Source: Methanosphaera stadtmanae DSM 3091
GTDB lineage: Archaea > Methanobacteriota > Methanobacteria > Methanobacteriales > Methanobacteriaceae
Direction of reading: 5' to 3'
NCBI RefSeq assembly: GCF_000012545.1
Contig: NC_007681.1
Location: forward strand, 1,710,001 to 1,742,000
DNA length: 32,000 bases
The notes beneath the pieces were generated by a model. The model was given only the letters and a program-made list of their open reading frames with translations. It was not told where the DNA came from and searched no databases. Positions 10,525 through 19,587 of the stretch are shown here, piece by piece. Position 1 is the stretch's first letter; each line of letters starts with the position of its first letter. The translations under genes and the position numbers were made by a program.

Positions 10525-11748
10525 ATGACAGAAAAAGAATATAATACAAGACAAACACAAAACTATGCTTTATGTCCTAAATGTCTATCTAGAATATATA
10601 GAAATCCAAAAGATAGAGACAATTCAATAATACCATTGATTAATAATACTCAAAAATGTAGTATTTGTAACAATCTACTTTTAAATGAAGATAAAATATT
10701 TAAACTTATTCTAAAAAAAATAAAGATGTTAAAAATTGAATTTGACACTTTTTTAATAGCAACACAAATAAATAATCAGACAATTACTAAAAATCAAAAA
10801 GAAATTTACAAAATAACAAATTATCATGGAAATAATGACATAAAGCACCAAATAAGACGGGATATAAGTCGTTTAATTGAAGAAAAATTAGGTAAAACCT
10901 ATGATTATAAAAATCCTGAAGTTGTGATAATGGTAAAAATAAGAAAAAAACCATATAAACACAATCCATACCCAGAAATAAGTAATGTTAATATTTTTAT
11001 TGATTCTAACCCAATATTTATTGAAGGTAAATATCGTAAGTTAGTACGTGGAATTCCACAAACAAAATGGCCATGTACACATTGTAAAGGAAAAGGATGT
11101 GAAGCTTGTGATTATACAGGACAACAATATAAAGATACTGTTGAAGACCTAATATCAAGAGAGATACTTCCAATGACAAATGGAAACACGACAAAATTCC
11201 ATGGATCTGGAAGAGAAGATATTGATGTTAGAATGTTAGGTGAAGGTAGACCTTTTGTAATTGAAGTAAAACATCCCTTTAAAAGAAAAATCGATTTAAA
11301 ATTTCTTAGAGTTCTTGTAAATAGTCATAGTGATGGAAAAATAGAAATAAATGACTTAAAATACGTTACTAAAGAAAGAAAAGCAAGTATAAAAAATAGT
11401 TCTGTTGAAAGTTACAAAATATACTCTGCAATAGCTGAATTTGAAAATGGAGTTACAAGTAAGGATATCTATAACATTGAAAAATTAAAAACCATAGATC
11501 AAAGAACTCCAATACGCGTAGAACATAGACGTGCTGATTTAATAAGAACAAGAGAAATTAAAAATATTGAAGTTGAACGGATAAATAGTAAAAAATTACA
11601 TCTTATAATTAAATGTCAAGGTGGATTATATATCAAAGAACTTATATCTGGAGATAATAATCGTACAAAACCAAGTGTATCAAGTATAACCAATAATCAA
11701 GCAGAATGTACACAATTAGATGTTTTAAAAGTACACATCCCAGAATAA
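10525..11748 (+). CDS. pus10: tRNA pseudouridine(54/55) synthase Pus10
   Basis: 407 aa. N-terminal Zn ribbon CPKC..CSIC, second cluster CTHCKGKGCEAC, catalytic region GREDIDVRMLGEGRPFVIEV. An AGGAG site lies 6 nt upstream of the start. Confidence 0.85.
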   Translation: MTEKEYNTRQTQNYALCPKCLSRIYRNPKDRDNSIIPLINNTQKCSICNNLLLNEDKIFKLILKKIKMLKIEFDTFLIATQINNQTITKNQKEIYKITNYHGNNDIKHQIRRDISRLIEEKLGKTYDYKNPEVVIMVKIRKKPYKHNPYPEISNVNIFIDSNPIFIEGKYRKLVRGIPQTKWPCTHCKGKGCEACDYTGQQYKDTVEDLISREILPMTNGNTTKFHGSGREDIDVRMLGEGRPFVIEVKHPFKRKIDLKFLRVLVNSHSDGKIEINDLKYVTKERKASIKNSSVESYKIYSAIAEFENGVTSKDIYNIEKLKTIDQRTPIRVEHRRADLIRTREIKNIEVERINSKKLHLIIKCQGGLYIKELISGDNNRTKPSVSSITNNQAECTQLDVLKVHIPE

Positions 11749-12152
11749 TAAAGATATAATTCAATTTCTATATAAACAATAGTTATACTTATAAACTATA
11801 AAATAAATAAATATTACACAATATTAAAACATAGAATATTATTCTAATTTATATTAATGAAATTCTATAAAAAAACCTATAATCTTATAGAATCATTGCT
11901 AAGAAAAAATATTTTAAGAATTATATAAAAGAACTATGTTTATAATGTAAAAAATAATTTCTTTCTAGCTCTGAAGAAATCATAGATAATAACTCATTAA
12001 CGGATAATTAGAATTTAAGTATTTACTTAACATAATTAGTTATACTAATATAGCTAAAGTCAAACCTAAGACTTATAATTAAACCTATAAAAGTGATTAA
12101 ATTTAAATCACAAAAAATAAATTAAATTCTAAACATAATTGAGATGATATAG

Positions 12153-12443
12153 ATGAGAAAATCAAAAGGATTTAAAAGTCGATCAAGATATAAACTTAAA
12201 AGAAGCATCAGACCTAAACGAGCTAATCCAATATCCAGAAAAATACAAGTATTTGAAGTAGGAAACAAAGTACATATAATAGTAGATTCAAGTATCCACA
12301 GAGGACAACCACATCCAAGATTCCATGGAAAAACTGGAGAAGTAGTTGGACAAAAAGGAAAAGCTTATCTTGTTGCTATTAAAGATGGAAACAAAGCAAA
12401 AGAATTAATTATAAGACCAGAACATCTTAAATTACAAGAGTGA
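12153..12443 (+). CDS. rpl21e: 50S ribosomal protein L21e
   Basis: 96 aa: [15 protein letters not shown]...[16 protein letters not shown], the characteristic L21e sequence. Confidence 0.9.
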   Translation: MRKSKGFKSRSRYKLKRSIRPKRANPISRKIQVFEVGNKVHIIVDSSIHRGQPHPRFHGKTGEVVGQKGKAYLVAIKDGNKAKELIIRPEHLKLQE

Positions 12444-12445
12444 TT

Positions 12446-12808
12446 ATGATGATTGGAAAAAAAGTCATTGATACAAAACCTATTACAATATCTGAAGCAA
12501 AAGAAATTCTAATGAAAAAAGTAGAAGAAAAAGTGGATGAAAATAACGAAATCGATGGCCACCAATTTACATATGAACAGAATCTCACTATTGACTATGT
12601 CAATAAATTTGCACTATTAGATGCTGATGATGCTAAAGAATTAAGAACTAAATTAGAAGAGTATCTTACACCTGTGCAAGCTGTAAAAGTAGTGGACTTA
12701 ATGCCTGAAGATCTTGATGATCTTAGATTAATCTTTGCAAAAGAAAGAGGAACTTTCGAAACAGATGCATTAAAAAACATTTTAGATTTATTGGATCAAT
12801 ATCGATAA
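12446..12808 (+). CDS. rpoF: DNA-directed RNA polymerase subunit F (Rpo4)
   Basis: About 120 aa, acidic and helical, in the conserved position right after rpl21e. The ORF opens at GTG 12440, overlapping the rpl21e stop; ATG 12446 is the more likely start. Confidence 0.7.
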   Translation: MMIGKKVIDTKPITISEAKEILMKKVEEKVDENNEIDGHQFTYEQNLTIDYVNKFALLDADDAKELRTKLEEYLTPVQAVKVVDLMPEDLDDLRLIFAKERGTFETDALKNILDLLDQYR

Positions 12809-12907
12809 ACCTTCCCCTACTTTATTCTTTCAATAACCACCAAACAAATAAACTTATTTTAATTAATTACTAGTTAATCTAAAAACCATTAATAGGACAA
12901 TAAAACT

Positions 12908-13723
12908 ATGTCAAATACAAAAGAGATACTAGAAAAATATAATATTAAACTAGATACAAATAAGAGTCAAAACTATCTAATTGATGATAATAAACTTAAC
13001 ATAATTCTAGAAAATGCAGATATTCAAGATAATGAAACAATTCTTGAAATTGGTGCTGGAATTGGAACACTAACACTTCCTATGGCTAAAAAAGCTAAAA
13101 AAGTAATAGCCATAGAAAAGGATCCTATTATAGTTGACATACTAAAACAACAAATCATAAAAGAAAAACTAACAAACATAGAAATAATCAAAGATGATGC
13201 TCTAAAAGTAGACTTTCCAAAGTTTGACAAAGTAGTTTCAAATCTACCATACCAGATATCTTCACCAGTGACATTCAAATTACTAGAATATCCCTTTAAA
13301 AAAGCTATTTTAATGTATCAACTAGAATTTGCAAAAAGAATGCAGGCAAAACCAGATACGCATGAATATTCTAGATTATCAGTTGCCCTATCCTATAGAG
13401 CAGATACAAAAATTATAGATACTTTACCTCCTGAAGCATTCATACCAAAACCTAAAATTAAAAGTGCAGTAATAGAATTAATACCTAAAAATAACAAACC
13501 AATTGATAAACTATTAGATAATACAATACGAGCCTTATTCCAACATAGAAATAAAAAAGCAAAAAAAGCATTAATTCAATCAGCACATGAATTAGGTGTT
13601 GATAAAAAGGTATTAAAACAAAAATTAAGTAATGTTACTAATGACTTATTTGAAGAAAAAGTATTTAAACTAACTCCAACTCAAATAAAAGAAATATCAT
13701 TAATATTAGAGGGAAATCTATGA
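12908..13723 (+). CDS. ksgA: 16S rRNA dimethyladenosine transferase KsgA/RsmA (Dim1)
   Basis: SAM motif ILEIGAGIGTLT and the catalytic SNLPYQISS. Confidence 0.9.
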   Translation: MSNTKEILEKYNIKLDTNKSQNYLIDDNKLNIILENADIQDNETILEIGAGIGTLTLPMAKKAKKVIAIEKDPIIVDILKQQIIKEKLTNIEIIKDDALKVDFPKFDKVVSNLPYQISSPVTFKLLEYPFKKAILMYQLEFAKRMQAKPDTHEYSRLSVALSYRADTKIIDTLPPEAFIPKPKIKSAVIELIPKNNKPIDKLLDNTIRALFQHRNKKAKKALIQSAHELGVDKKVLKQKLSNVTNDLFEEKVFKLTPTQIKEISLILEGNL

Positions 13724-14313
13724 AATATGAAAATATTAAGTATAATGAATGTGATGAAGTATATCCTCCAGCAGAGGACACTTTTTTATTAATTGATAAT
13801 CTTATTGTTAAAAATAACGATTCTGTTCTAGAAGTAGGTTGTGGATGTGGAATTGTTAGTATTGCTGCATCATTAAATGCAGAAAAAGTAACATCTATTG
13901 ATATTAATCCACATGCTATTAAATGTACAAAAGAAAATATTAAATTAAACAATAGAAAGAACATTGAAGTAATAGAAAGCAATTTATTTGAAAAAATAGA
14001 TGATAAATACGATTTAATACTATTTAACACACCATATCTTCCAGTGACAGAAGAAGAACATGATGTTGATGATGATTATAGTAAAGCATGGGATGGTGGT
14101 GTAGATGGAAGAAAAGTTATTGATGCTTTTTTAGAAGAAGCACCAAAATATTTAAAGGAAGATGGAACAATTCAATTAGTACAATCATCCCTTAGTGATA
14201 ATGAAAAAACATTAAATTATCTAAATAACAATGGATTTAATGCTAAAATCACAGAAAAATATCATCAATTTTTTGAAGATATTACATTAATCAGTGCTAA
14301 AAGAATTCTATAA
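13720..14313 (+). CDS. HemK-related (Mtq2/PrmC-like) SAM-dependent methyltransferase
   Basis: SAM motif VLEVGCGCGIVS and the NPPY-like FNTPYLP. An ATGA overlap with ksgA matches the conserved archaeal neighbourhood. Confidence 0.7.
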   Translation: MKYENIKYNECDEVYPPAEDTFLLIDNLIVKNNDSVLEVGCGCGIVSIAASLNAEKVTSIDINPHAIKCTKENIKLNNRKNIEVIESNLFEKIDDKYDLILFNTPYLPVTEEEHDVDDDYSKAWDGGVDGRKVIDAFLEEAPKYLKEDGTIQLVQSSLSDNEKTLNYLNNNGFNAKITEKYHQFFEDITLISAKRIL

Positions 14314-15201
14314 ATCAAGAACTCTACCATTATTTAGTGATAAATTAGAATCTTCCACTTCTTCTTTATTTTTAAGAGAATTTATATATGTTTTAATTCT
14401 GTCTATTACTTCAAGTATTTCATCCATTTTAGAGTATGTTCTTTGAAGTTTTTCTTCAATATCCCCACATACATCATCATACTGTTTTAAATAGTATAAT
14501 TTTTCTGTAGTAAACTCATTTAATAAAATTTCCTTAGTTGATGTTAATTCTTTTTCTGTATCAAGAACATTATTCAAAAATGTATCTTGTAATTGTGGAT
14601 TACAATCTAATTCATGTTTACTTTCCTCAAAATCATCAATATCCTCTTCAAGTAAACCATTATAGAAGTTATCTATAATTTCATGATATTCCCTTACTTC
14701 AAATTCAGCATTGGTATTTTTATAATCATCAGACTTTACTAATGATTCATATTGAGTTGTAATAACCATCTGTTCTCTAGCCATGAGTAATGCATCGTTT
14801 AATTTTGTCTCCATATCACCAAAAATATCATCCATTGATTTTAAAGCTTGTACTTGAATAGGATCATTTACAATATCGTATAATGAATCTGTGAAATTAA
14901 CTAAAGCTTTTTTTTGAGTACTAATATCATTTAATATCTTTTGTTTTTCCGATTTTGATAGCATGAAAATTCTAGAGGGATGATTTAAGTAAAATTCTAT
15001 TTCTTCCTTTGTAGTTTGAGCATCCTCCATTGTTGTGTTAATTGAATCATTCATAGCATATAGTGATTCATAGAGATTTTTTATATAAATCTTGTTGTTT
15101 ATAACAACAAGTTCATTATTACAGTTTGAACAAATACCACCTTCATCCATATTTAGATTATTTCCACAGAAAGGACAATTATAAAACAATAATATCACCA
15201 C
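14308..15201 (-). CDS. zinc-ribbon protein with a long acidic helical (coiled-coil-like) region; last gene of the candidate operon
   Basis: 297 aa. N-terminal CPFCG-x13-CSNC ribbon; the remainder is D/E/K/L-rich and helical; C-terminus NGRVLDL. GTG start 4 nt after the stop of the upstream gene. Confidence 0.6.
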   Translation of the reverse strand: MVILLFYNCPFCGNNLNMDEGGICSNCNNELVVINNKIYIKNLYESLYAMNDSINTTMEDAQTTKEEIEFYLNHPSRIFMLSKSEKQKILNDISTQKKALVNFTDSLYDIVNDPIQVQALKSMDDIFGDMETKLNDALLMAREQMVITTQYESLVKSDDYKNTNAEFEVREYHEIIDNFYNGLLEEDIDDFEESKHELDCNPQLQDTFLNNVLDTEKELTSTKEILLNEFTTEKLYYLKQYDDVCGDIEEKLQRTYSKMDEILEVIDRIKTYINSLKNKEEVEDSNLSLNNGRVLDL

Positions 15202-15205
15202 GTAA

Positions 15206-15928
15206 CTAATTTAATCTACCAATAATTATTTCTCGTATCATTTCACCATTAAATAGAACATTATGTTGTCTACCTTCAATATTTATTGTAATAGAATTAT
15301 TATCTACGCCAATAAAGTATTCAGGTTTTTGTTTATTTGATCTTTGAATTTTAATTCCATCAAGATAATCTTCAATTGAAACTATCTTATTTATATCTAT
15401 ATTAGTTGTTCTATTAGAACCTAAAAACATGATTCTTTTATTTGTAATTAAGAGTTTTCCATTATCAATATTTCTTATCTCATCATGTGATTCACTTCTA
15501 CCTCTTGTACCACCAGTATGGAGAGTAATTCCCTTTGCAATTCTAATTGATGTTCCACCATATCCTCCCCTACTAACCCTTACAGCACGAGGCTCTTGCA
15601 AAGTTATATTTTCCAATTCAAGTATTGGATGTTCATTTTTCTTTAATAATAAGTCTACTGAATTAATTTGTGGTAACATGGGATTATCAGTACTTAAAGT
15701 ATCCATAAATACTTGAATATCACTATCACGTATTCTTGCTAATTCTTCTTTTTGTGCTTGTTCTATTTCTCCATTTGACAGTCCACCTTCTGTAATCCTA
15801 TCCCACTCTTCCATTGTTAACGGTTGATTATAATAAGTCCATAAAGGAGTATTGGTAATAGCTGTGTTAATAAATTTATATAGATTATTTTCTTGTTTAA
15901 ATGATGTTTTACAAGTATTACACATCAA
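15206..15928 (-). CDS. PH-like (bacterial PH/GRAM-like) domain protein; 3-prime portion of a frameshifted triple zinc-ribbon gene
   Basis: The 240-aa track ORF starts at TTG, but my translation shows the frame stays open upstream to 16243 with no ATG/GTG/TTG start. That extension encodes CPNC (the second half of a ribbon) and a CPLC-x21-CNTC ribbon. C-terminal part: Gly-rich strands RVSRGGYGGTSIRIAKGITLHTGGTRGRS, then DNGKLLITNKRIMFLGSNR...IVSIEDY..GIKI. Confidence 0.6.
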   Translation of the reverse strand: MMCNTCKTSFKQENNLYKFINTAITNTPLWTYYNQPLTMEEWDRITEGGLSNGEIEQAQKEELARIRDSDIQVFMDTLSTDNPMLPQINSVDLLLKKNEHPILELENITLQEPRAVRVSRGGYGGTSIRIAKGITLHTGGTRGRSESHDEIRNIDNGKLLITNKRIMFLGSNRTTNIDINKIVSIEDYLDGIKIQRSNKQKPEYFIGVDNNSITINIEGRQHNVLFNGEMIREIIIGRLN

Positions 15929-16199
15929 TATTATAGAATCTGAGAATAATCCATCTTTTTCATAAATATTAAGCCTATTATGACATAATGGACAATCTAT
16001 AGATGAAAAACCATTGTTTTTATATTCATATATCTCATTTATTTCACTATTTGATAAATTATCAGAGAATATATTTTGCCATTCACCTATTGTAAAACTC
16101 TTATATAAATACTTGTTTCTAGCTCTTGTACCTTCATGTGCATTTGTAAGGGTTAAATTAGTATTATCTTCACGAAATTCAAGACCACAATTTGGACAA

Positions 16200-16484
16200 T
16201 TATGATAAGTTCCTCCAGATAAAGCCTGTTTTTGTATAAGTATTCAGTTGACTACTACAATGTGGACAAATACTATTATCATCCACATGGGAATTATCTC
16301 CATTATAGTTAAAATTGTTGTTATTTTCATTATAATTGTTGTTATAATCTACATCATAATTTGGCTCAAAATTATCTTCATTTGAATATTGATTATTTTC
16401 TACTGGAAATTTATATCCACAATTTATACAATACTTTGAATTTTCAATACGTTCACTTCCACATTCTGGACAAAAATTATTCAT
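16200..16484 (-). CDS. zinc-ribbon protein fragment; 5-prime portion of the frameshifted gene
   Basis: 94 aa. FCPECG-x10-CINCG ribbon, an Asn-rich linker, then CPHC followed by a short out-of-frame tail. It joins the 15206-16243 frame if one T of the T5 run at 16229-16233 is removed. Confidence 0.6.
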   Translation of the reverse strand: MNNFCPECGSERIENSKYCINCGYKFPVENNQYSNEDNFEPNYDVDYNNNYNENNNNFNYNGDNSHVDDNSICPHCSSQLNTYTKTGFIWRNLS

Positions 16485-16492
16485 AATAACAC

Positions 16493-17089
16493 CTACATCA
16501 TATTTTCAAAGAATTTTCTAATTTCTTTATTATTACCCATACCATTTACAACAAAAGAACCATCTTTATTTAATCTAATTTCAATCTTATTTTCTATAGA
16601 ATCTAAATTATTCTCTAAATAACTGTATTTATCTGTTAAAAAATGATATTTCTGATTTAATGATCCAATCCAAGGTTTTTTATACGTGATTTTATCTTGA
16701 TTAAAAAAACCAGATATTAAAATATCAGTTTGTGATAATAACTTATTCCAATTGCTACAATTAATTTTTCTAATAATATCATAAGTATATCCTGTAAAAG
16801 TAACAATAGAAAGACCATTATCATGTAATATTACTGCTAATTCACCTAACGCCTTTGATTGTAGAAATGGTTCTCCACCAGAAAATGTAACACCTTCAAT
16901 ATCCTTATTTTTAAGTATATTCTTAGCTAACTTCTTAACATCATACAAAATACCCCCATCTAAATCCCATGTTTGGGGAGAATTACATCCAATACAATGT
17001 TTTAAACATCCTTGTACAAATATAGAAGTTCTATTTCCCGGTCCTTCCACCATAGTATTTTCAATAATAGTATTTACTCTTAAAAACAT
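16493..17089 (-). CDS. NrdG-type radical SAM activating enzyme (anaerobic RNR activase family)
   Basis: 198 aa. VEGPGNRTSIFVQGCLKHCIGCNSPQTW (CxxxCxxC cluster motif), SGGEPF, FTGYTY, GSLNQK: the pattern of small glycyl-radical-enzyme activases. Confidence 0.8.
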   Translation of the reverse strand: MFLRVNTIIENTMVEGPGNRTSIFVQGCLKHCIGCNSPQTWDLDGGILYDVKKLAKNILKNKDIEGVTFSGGEPFLQSKALGELAVILHDNGLSIVTFTGYTYDIIRKINCSNWNKLLSQTDILISGFFNQDKITYKKPWIGSLNQKYHFLTDKYSYLENNLDSIENKIEIRLNKDGSFVVNGMGNNKEIRKFFENMM

Positions 17090-17116
17090 AAAATCACTAT
17101 AACCTCCGAGATATTA

Positions 17117-18775
17117 CTAGAAATCTAATGTTCTTCCACCTCTAGAATCACTAATTTCATCATCAGGAGTTGGAATTTCTGGTTTTGGATTATTAGAATC
17201 TGTTGATGTTTGTGTATACTCCATCCTATCTTCTTGTGCTGTTGCTGCTACTGCTCTTACATTAGCCCAATTACGTATACTTATTATTTGTTCTGCTTGT
17301 GTTACACTTAAAGGTACTGTATTTTTAACAGCATTTTCAAAGTCATTTAATGTTATGCTACGATCTTCAGAAAATGCATCATATAATCCCATGACAACAA
17401 TTTGTTCCAATTCAGATCCACCAAATCCTTCAGTAATATTAGAAAGATGTTTTAATGTTTCATCATTAATTTCAAAATCTCCCCTTACTTCAGGATAAGT
17501 TAATCTAGACTCCAAATGTACTTTAAATATCTGTTTTCTTTCATTAAATGTTGGTAAATCAATAAAAAATATTTCATCAAATCTACCTTTACGCATCATT
17601 TCTGAAGGTAGGCTATCTATATTGTTTGCTGTTGCTACAACAAAAACTGGTTTTGTTTTTTCCTGCATCCAACTAAGAAATGTTCCAAATATACGACTTG
17701 TTGTACCACTATCTCCACTACCACCAAGTCCACTAAAACCCTTTTCTATTTCATCAATCCAGAGAACACATGGTGAGATTGCTTCAGCCATTTTTATTGC
17801 TTCACGCATATTTGATTCACTATTTCCAACATACATGTTAAATACTTTTGAAACATCAAATCTAAGTAGAGGTAAGTGCCACATTGAACTTATAGATTTA
17901 GCTATTAAACTCTTTCCACAACCAGGAACACCTGTTAATAACACCCCTTTAGGTGAAGGAAGTCCATATTTTTTTGCTGAATCTAACCATGATTTATCAC
18001 GTTTTGATAACCATTTCTTTAGATTTTCTAGTCCACCAACATCTTCTATTTTTACTTTTGAATCTATGTATTCTAGAATATCACTTTTTTTAATAACTTG
18101 ACTTTTTTCCTTTAAAACAATATCCACATCCTCAGAATTTAAACATCCGTCATTAACCATAGCTCTTGCAAATGCGTTTTCAGCTTCTTGTAATGTTAAA
18201 CCTACAGCTGCTTTAACTAATTCTTCTTTTTCTTTTGGATTTAGATTTACTTTTAAATTTCCACCACTATTATCCCTTATTATTCCATCAAGAACAGATG
18301 CTATCTCATCTGATGTTGGCAAATCAAAATCTAAAACTGTAATATCCTTTTTTAAATCATCAGGTAATGTGAATGTTGGTGACACAAAGATAACATTTCT
18401 AAAATTTCTTGCTTGTTTTAAGTTAGGAATAAGATCTTTAAGAAATCTTACAACAGTATCATCAAAGTTACCTGAAGTATTTTTACAGAAAACATGGAAA
18501 TCCAAGAATATAAATAAAGCATCTTCTTCACATTTTCTAACAAAATTCAATGCTTGTATTTTCTCATAAGTATCCTCCTGTATCATCCCATTTGAGTCTT
18601 TAAATCCCTCAGAGGATTTCCATACATATACCTTTCTTACACTATTAATTAAATCTGGTGTAGATACAATTCTTGTTAATTCCTTTATTAATCTAGTTTC
18701 CTCATAAGTTGTTATGTGAATATATGGAAATCGAGCCCTTAATAAATCACATGTTTCTTTCTCAAAATTATTCAT
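17117..18775 (-). CDS. Ycf46-type AAA+ ATPase (N-terminal domain plus a single classical AAA module)
   Basis: 552 aa. Walker A GVPGCGKS, Walker B CVLWIDEIEKGF, and SGDSGTTSRIFGTFLSWMQEKTKPVFVVATANNIDSLPSEMMRKGRFDEIFFIDLP. This closely matches what I recall of cyanobacterial/plastid Ycf46, including N-terminal RFPYIHITTYEETR. Disordered C-terminal tail ending GGRTLDF. Confidence 0.8.
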   Translation of the reverse strand: MNNFEKETCDLLRARFPYIHITTYEETRLIKELTRIVSTPDLINSVRKVYVWKSSEGFKDSNGMIQEDTYEKIQALNFVRKCEEDALFIFLDFHVFCKNTSGNFDDTVVRFLKDLIPNLKQARNFRNVIFVSPTFTLPDDLKKDITVLDFDLPTSDEIASVLDGIIRDNSGGNLKVNLNPKEKEELVKAAVGLTLQEAENAFARAMVNDGCLNSEDVDIVLKEKSQVIKKSDILEYIDSKVKIEDVGGLENLKKWLSKRDKSWLDSAKKYGLPSPKGVLLTGVPGCGKSLIAKSISSMWHLPLLRFDVSKVFNMYVGNSESNMREAIKMAEAISPCVLWIDEIEKGFSGLGGSGDSGTTSRIFGTFLSWMQEKTKPVFVVATANNIDSLPSEMMRKGRFDEIFFIDLPTFNERKQIFKVHLESRLTYPEVRGDFEINDETLKHLSNITEGFGGSELEQIVVMGLYDAFSEDRSITLNDFENAVKNTVPLSVTQAEQIISIRNWANVRAVAATAQEDRMEYTQTSTDSNNPKPEIPTPDDEISDSRGGRTLDF

Positions 18776-18814
18776 TTTCTTGCCCTTTTTTAGTTAGTAT
18801 GAGAAGTAATAATA

Positions 18815-19573
18815 TTAATCAATGTTTAAAGTTAATATTATAGAATTGTTGTTATCAACTACTTCTGATTCTACCACATATTTTTCTTTTTTGATTTTAT
18901 CCATAACTTTATTATATGTTATTTCTTGAATAGCTTCCTTATATTCATCAGTTAAGTTTTGAATATAACTCTTAGCTTCTTTTCTATTAAAATCTCCTAC
19001 AAACATTATGTCATATGTTCCTTCAGTTGTTTTGTTAAGTAATATTTTACCATTACCTTTAAATTTCATTAAATCCTCTTGAGAAGCAAATCCTAAAAAA
19101 CTACTTCTCATTATAGATTCTATTACATAAGAATTAGTCATAATAGTAGAAATTTTAAATTTAGGAAGTTCTTTTTTCTTTTCTTCTATTTTTTCTGAAG
19201 AATCAATTTTTAATATAGGAGCTCCTGTAATTTTTGTATATTCCGCACATATTGCATTGACAAAATTAATTGTATCTTCTCTAGGGAAGTTTCCTGTAAA
19301 AAGAATTTCAACTTTCTGACCACCCTGTGTATAAAATAACATTTCCCCTTTATTTCTAAATTCCATTAGTTTTTGTTTATTTTTAAAACCAAAAAAATTA
19401 TTGGGGTTATCAAACACTACATCCATTCCTGCTAAGTTATCAACATTTGTTTTAACTTTGAAACTAACACCATTTACCTTATCGCCTAATTCTGTTATAT
19501 CAACAGCCGCATCAATTTTATCAAGATCACTACTTCCCAATGAACGTGGAACTGATTGTAGATGTAAACTCAT
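18815..19573 (-). CDS. Ycf35/DUF1257-like protein with an internal duplication
   Basis: 252 aa. Starts MSLH... and ends ...ITYNKVMDKIKKEKYVVESEVVDNNNSIILTL, as I recall for DUF1257. Two homologous segments: FFGFKNKQKLMEFRNKGEML...VEILFTGNFPREDTINFVNAICAEYTK and FLGFASQEDLMKFKGNGKIL...YDIMFVGDFNRKEAKSYIQNLTDEYKE. Confidence 0.5.
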   Translation of the reverse strand: MSLHLQSVPRSLGSSDLDKIDAAVDITELGDKVNGVSFKVKTNVDNLAGMDVVFDNPNNFFGFKNKQKLMEFRNKGEMLFYTQGGQKVEILFTGNFPREDTINFVNAICAEYTKITGAPILKIDSSEKIEEKKKELPKFKISTIMTNSYVIESIMRSSFLGFASQEDLMKFKGNGKILLNKTTEGTYDIMFVGDFNRKEAKSYIQNLTDEYKEAIQEITYNKVMDKIKKEKYVVESEVVDNNNSIILTLNID

Positions 19574-19587
19574 AAAATCACCTGAAT

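Noticed and set aside
11749-12152. Unusually long (404 bp) intergenic region between pus10 and rpl21e, examined for a tRNA, ncRNA or riboswitch
   Set aside because: There is no GC-rich stem potential. I found only short AT-rich inverted repeats, such as attctata/tatagaat at 11863-11894 and gtgatt/aatcac near 12093-12111, which are expected by chance at this base composition. It is probably just the promoter/leader of the ribosomal-protein operon.
17117-17128. Possibility that the AAA+ C-terminus is an HbYX proteasome-docking motif
   Set aside because: The terminus is L-D-F, not hydrophobic-Tyr-X, so there is no sequence support for 20S docking.
17622-18101. 159-aa plus-strand ORF, and the 66-aa ORF at 18369-18569
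   Set aside because: Both are antisense shadows of the AAA+ gene. Their Pro/Ser/Phe-rich translations carry no recognisable motifs.
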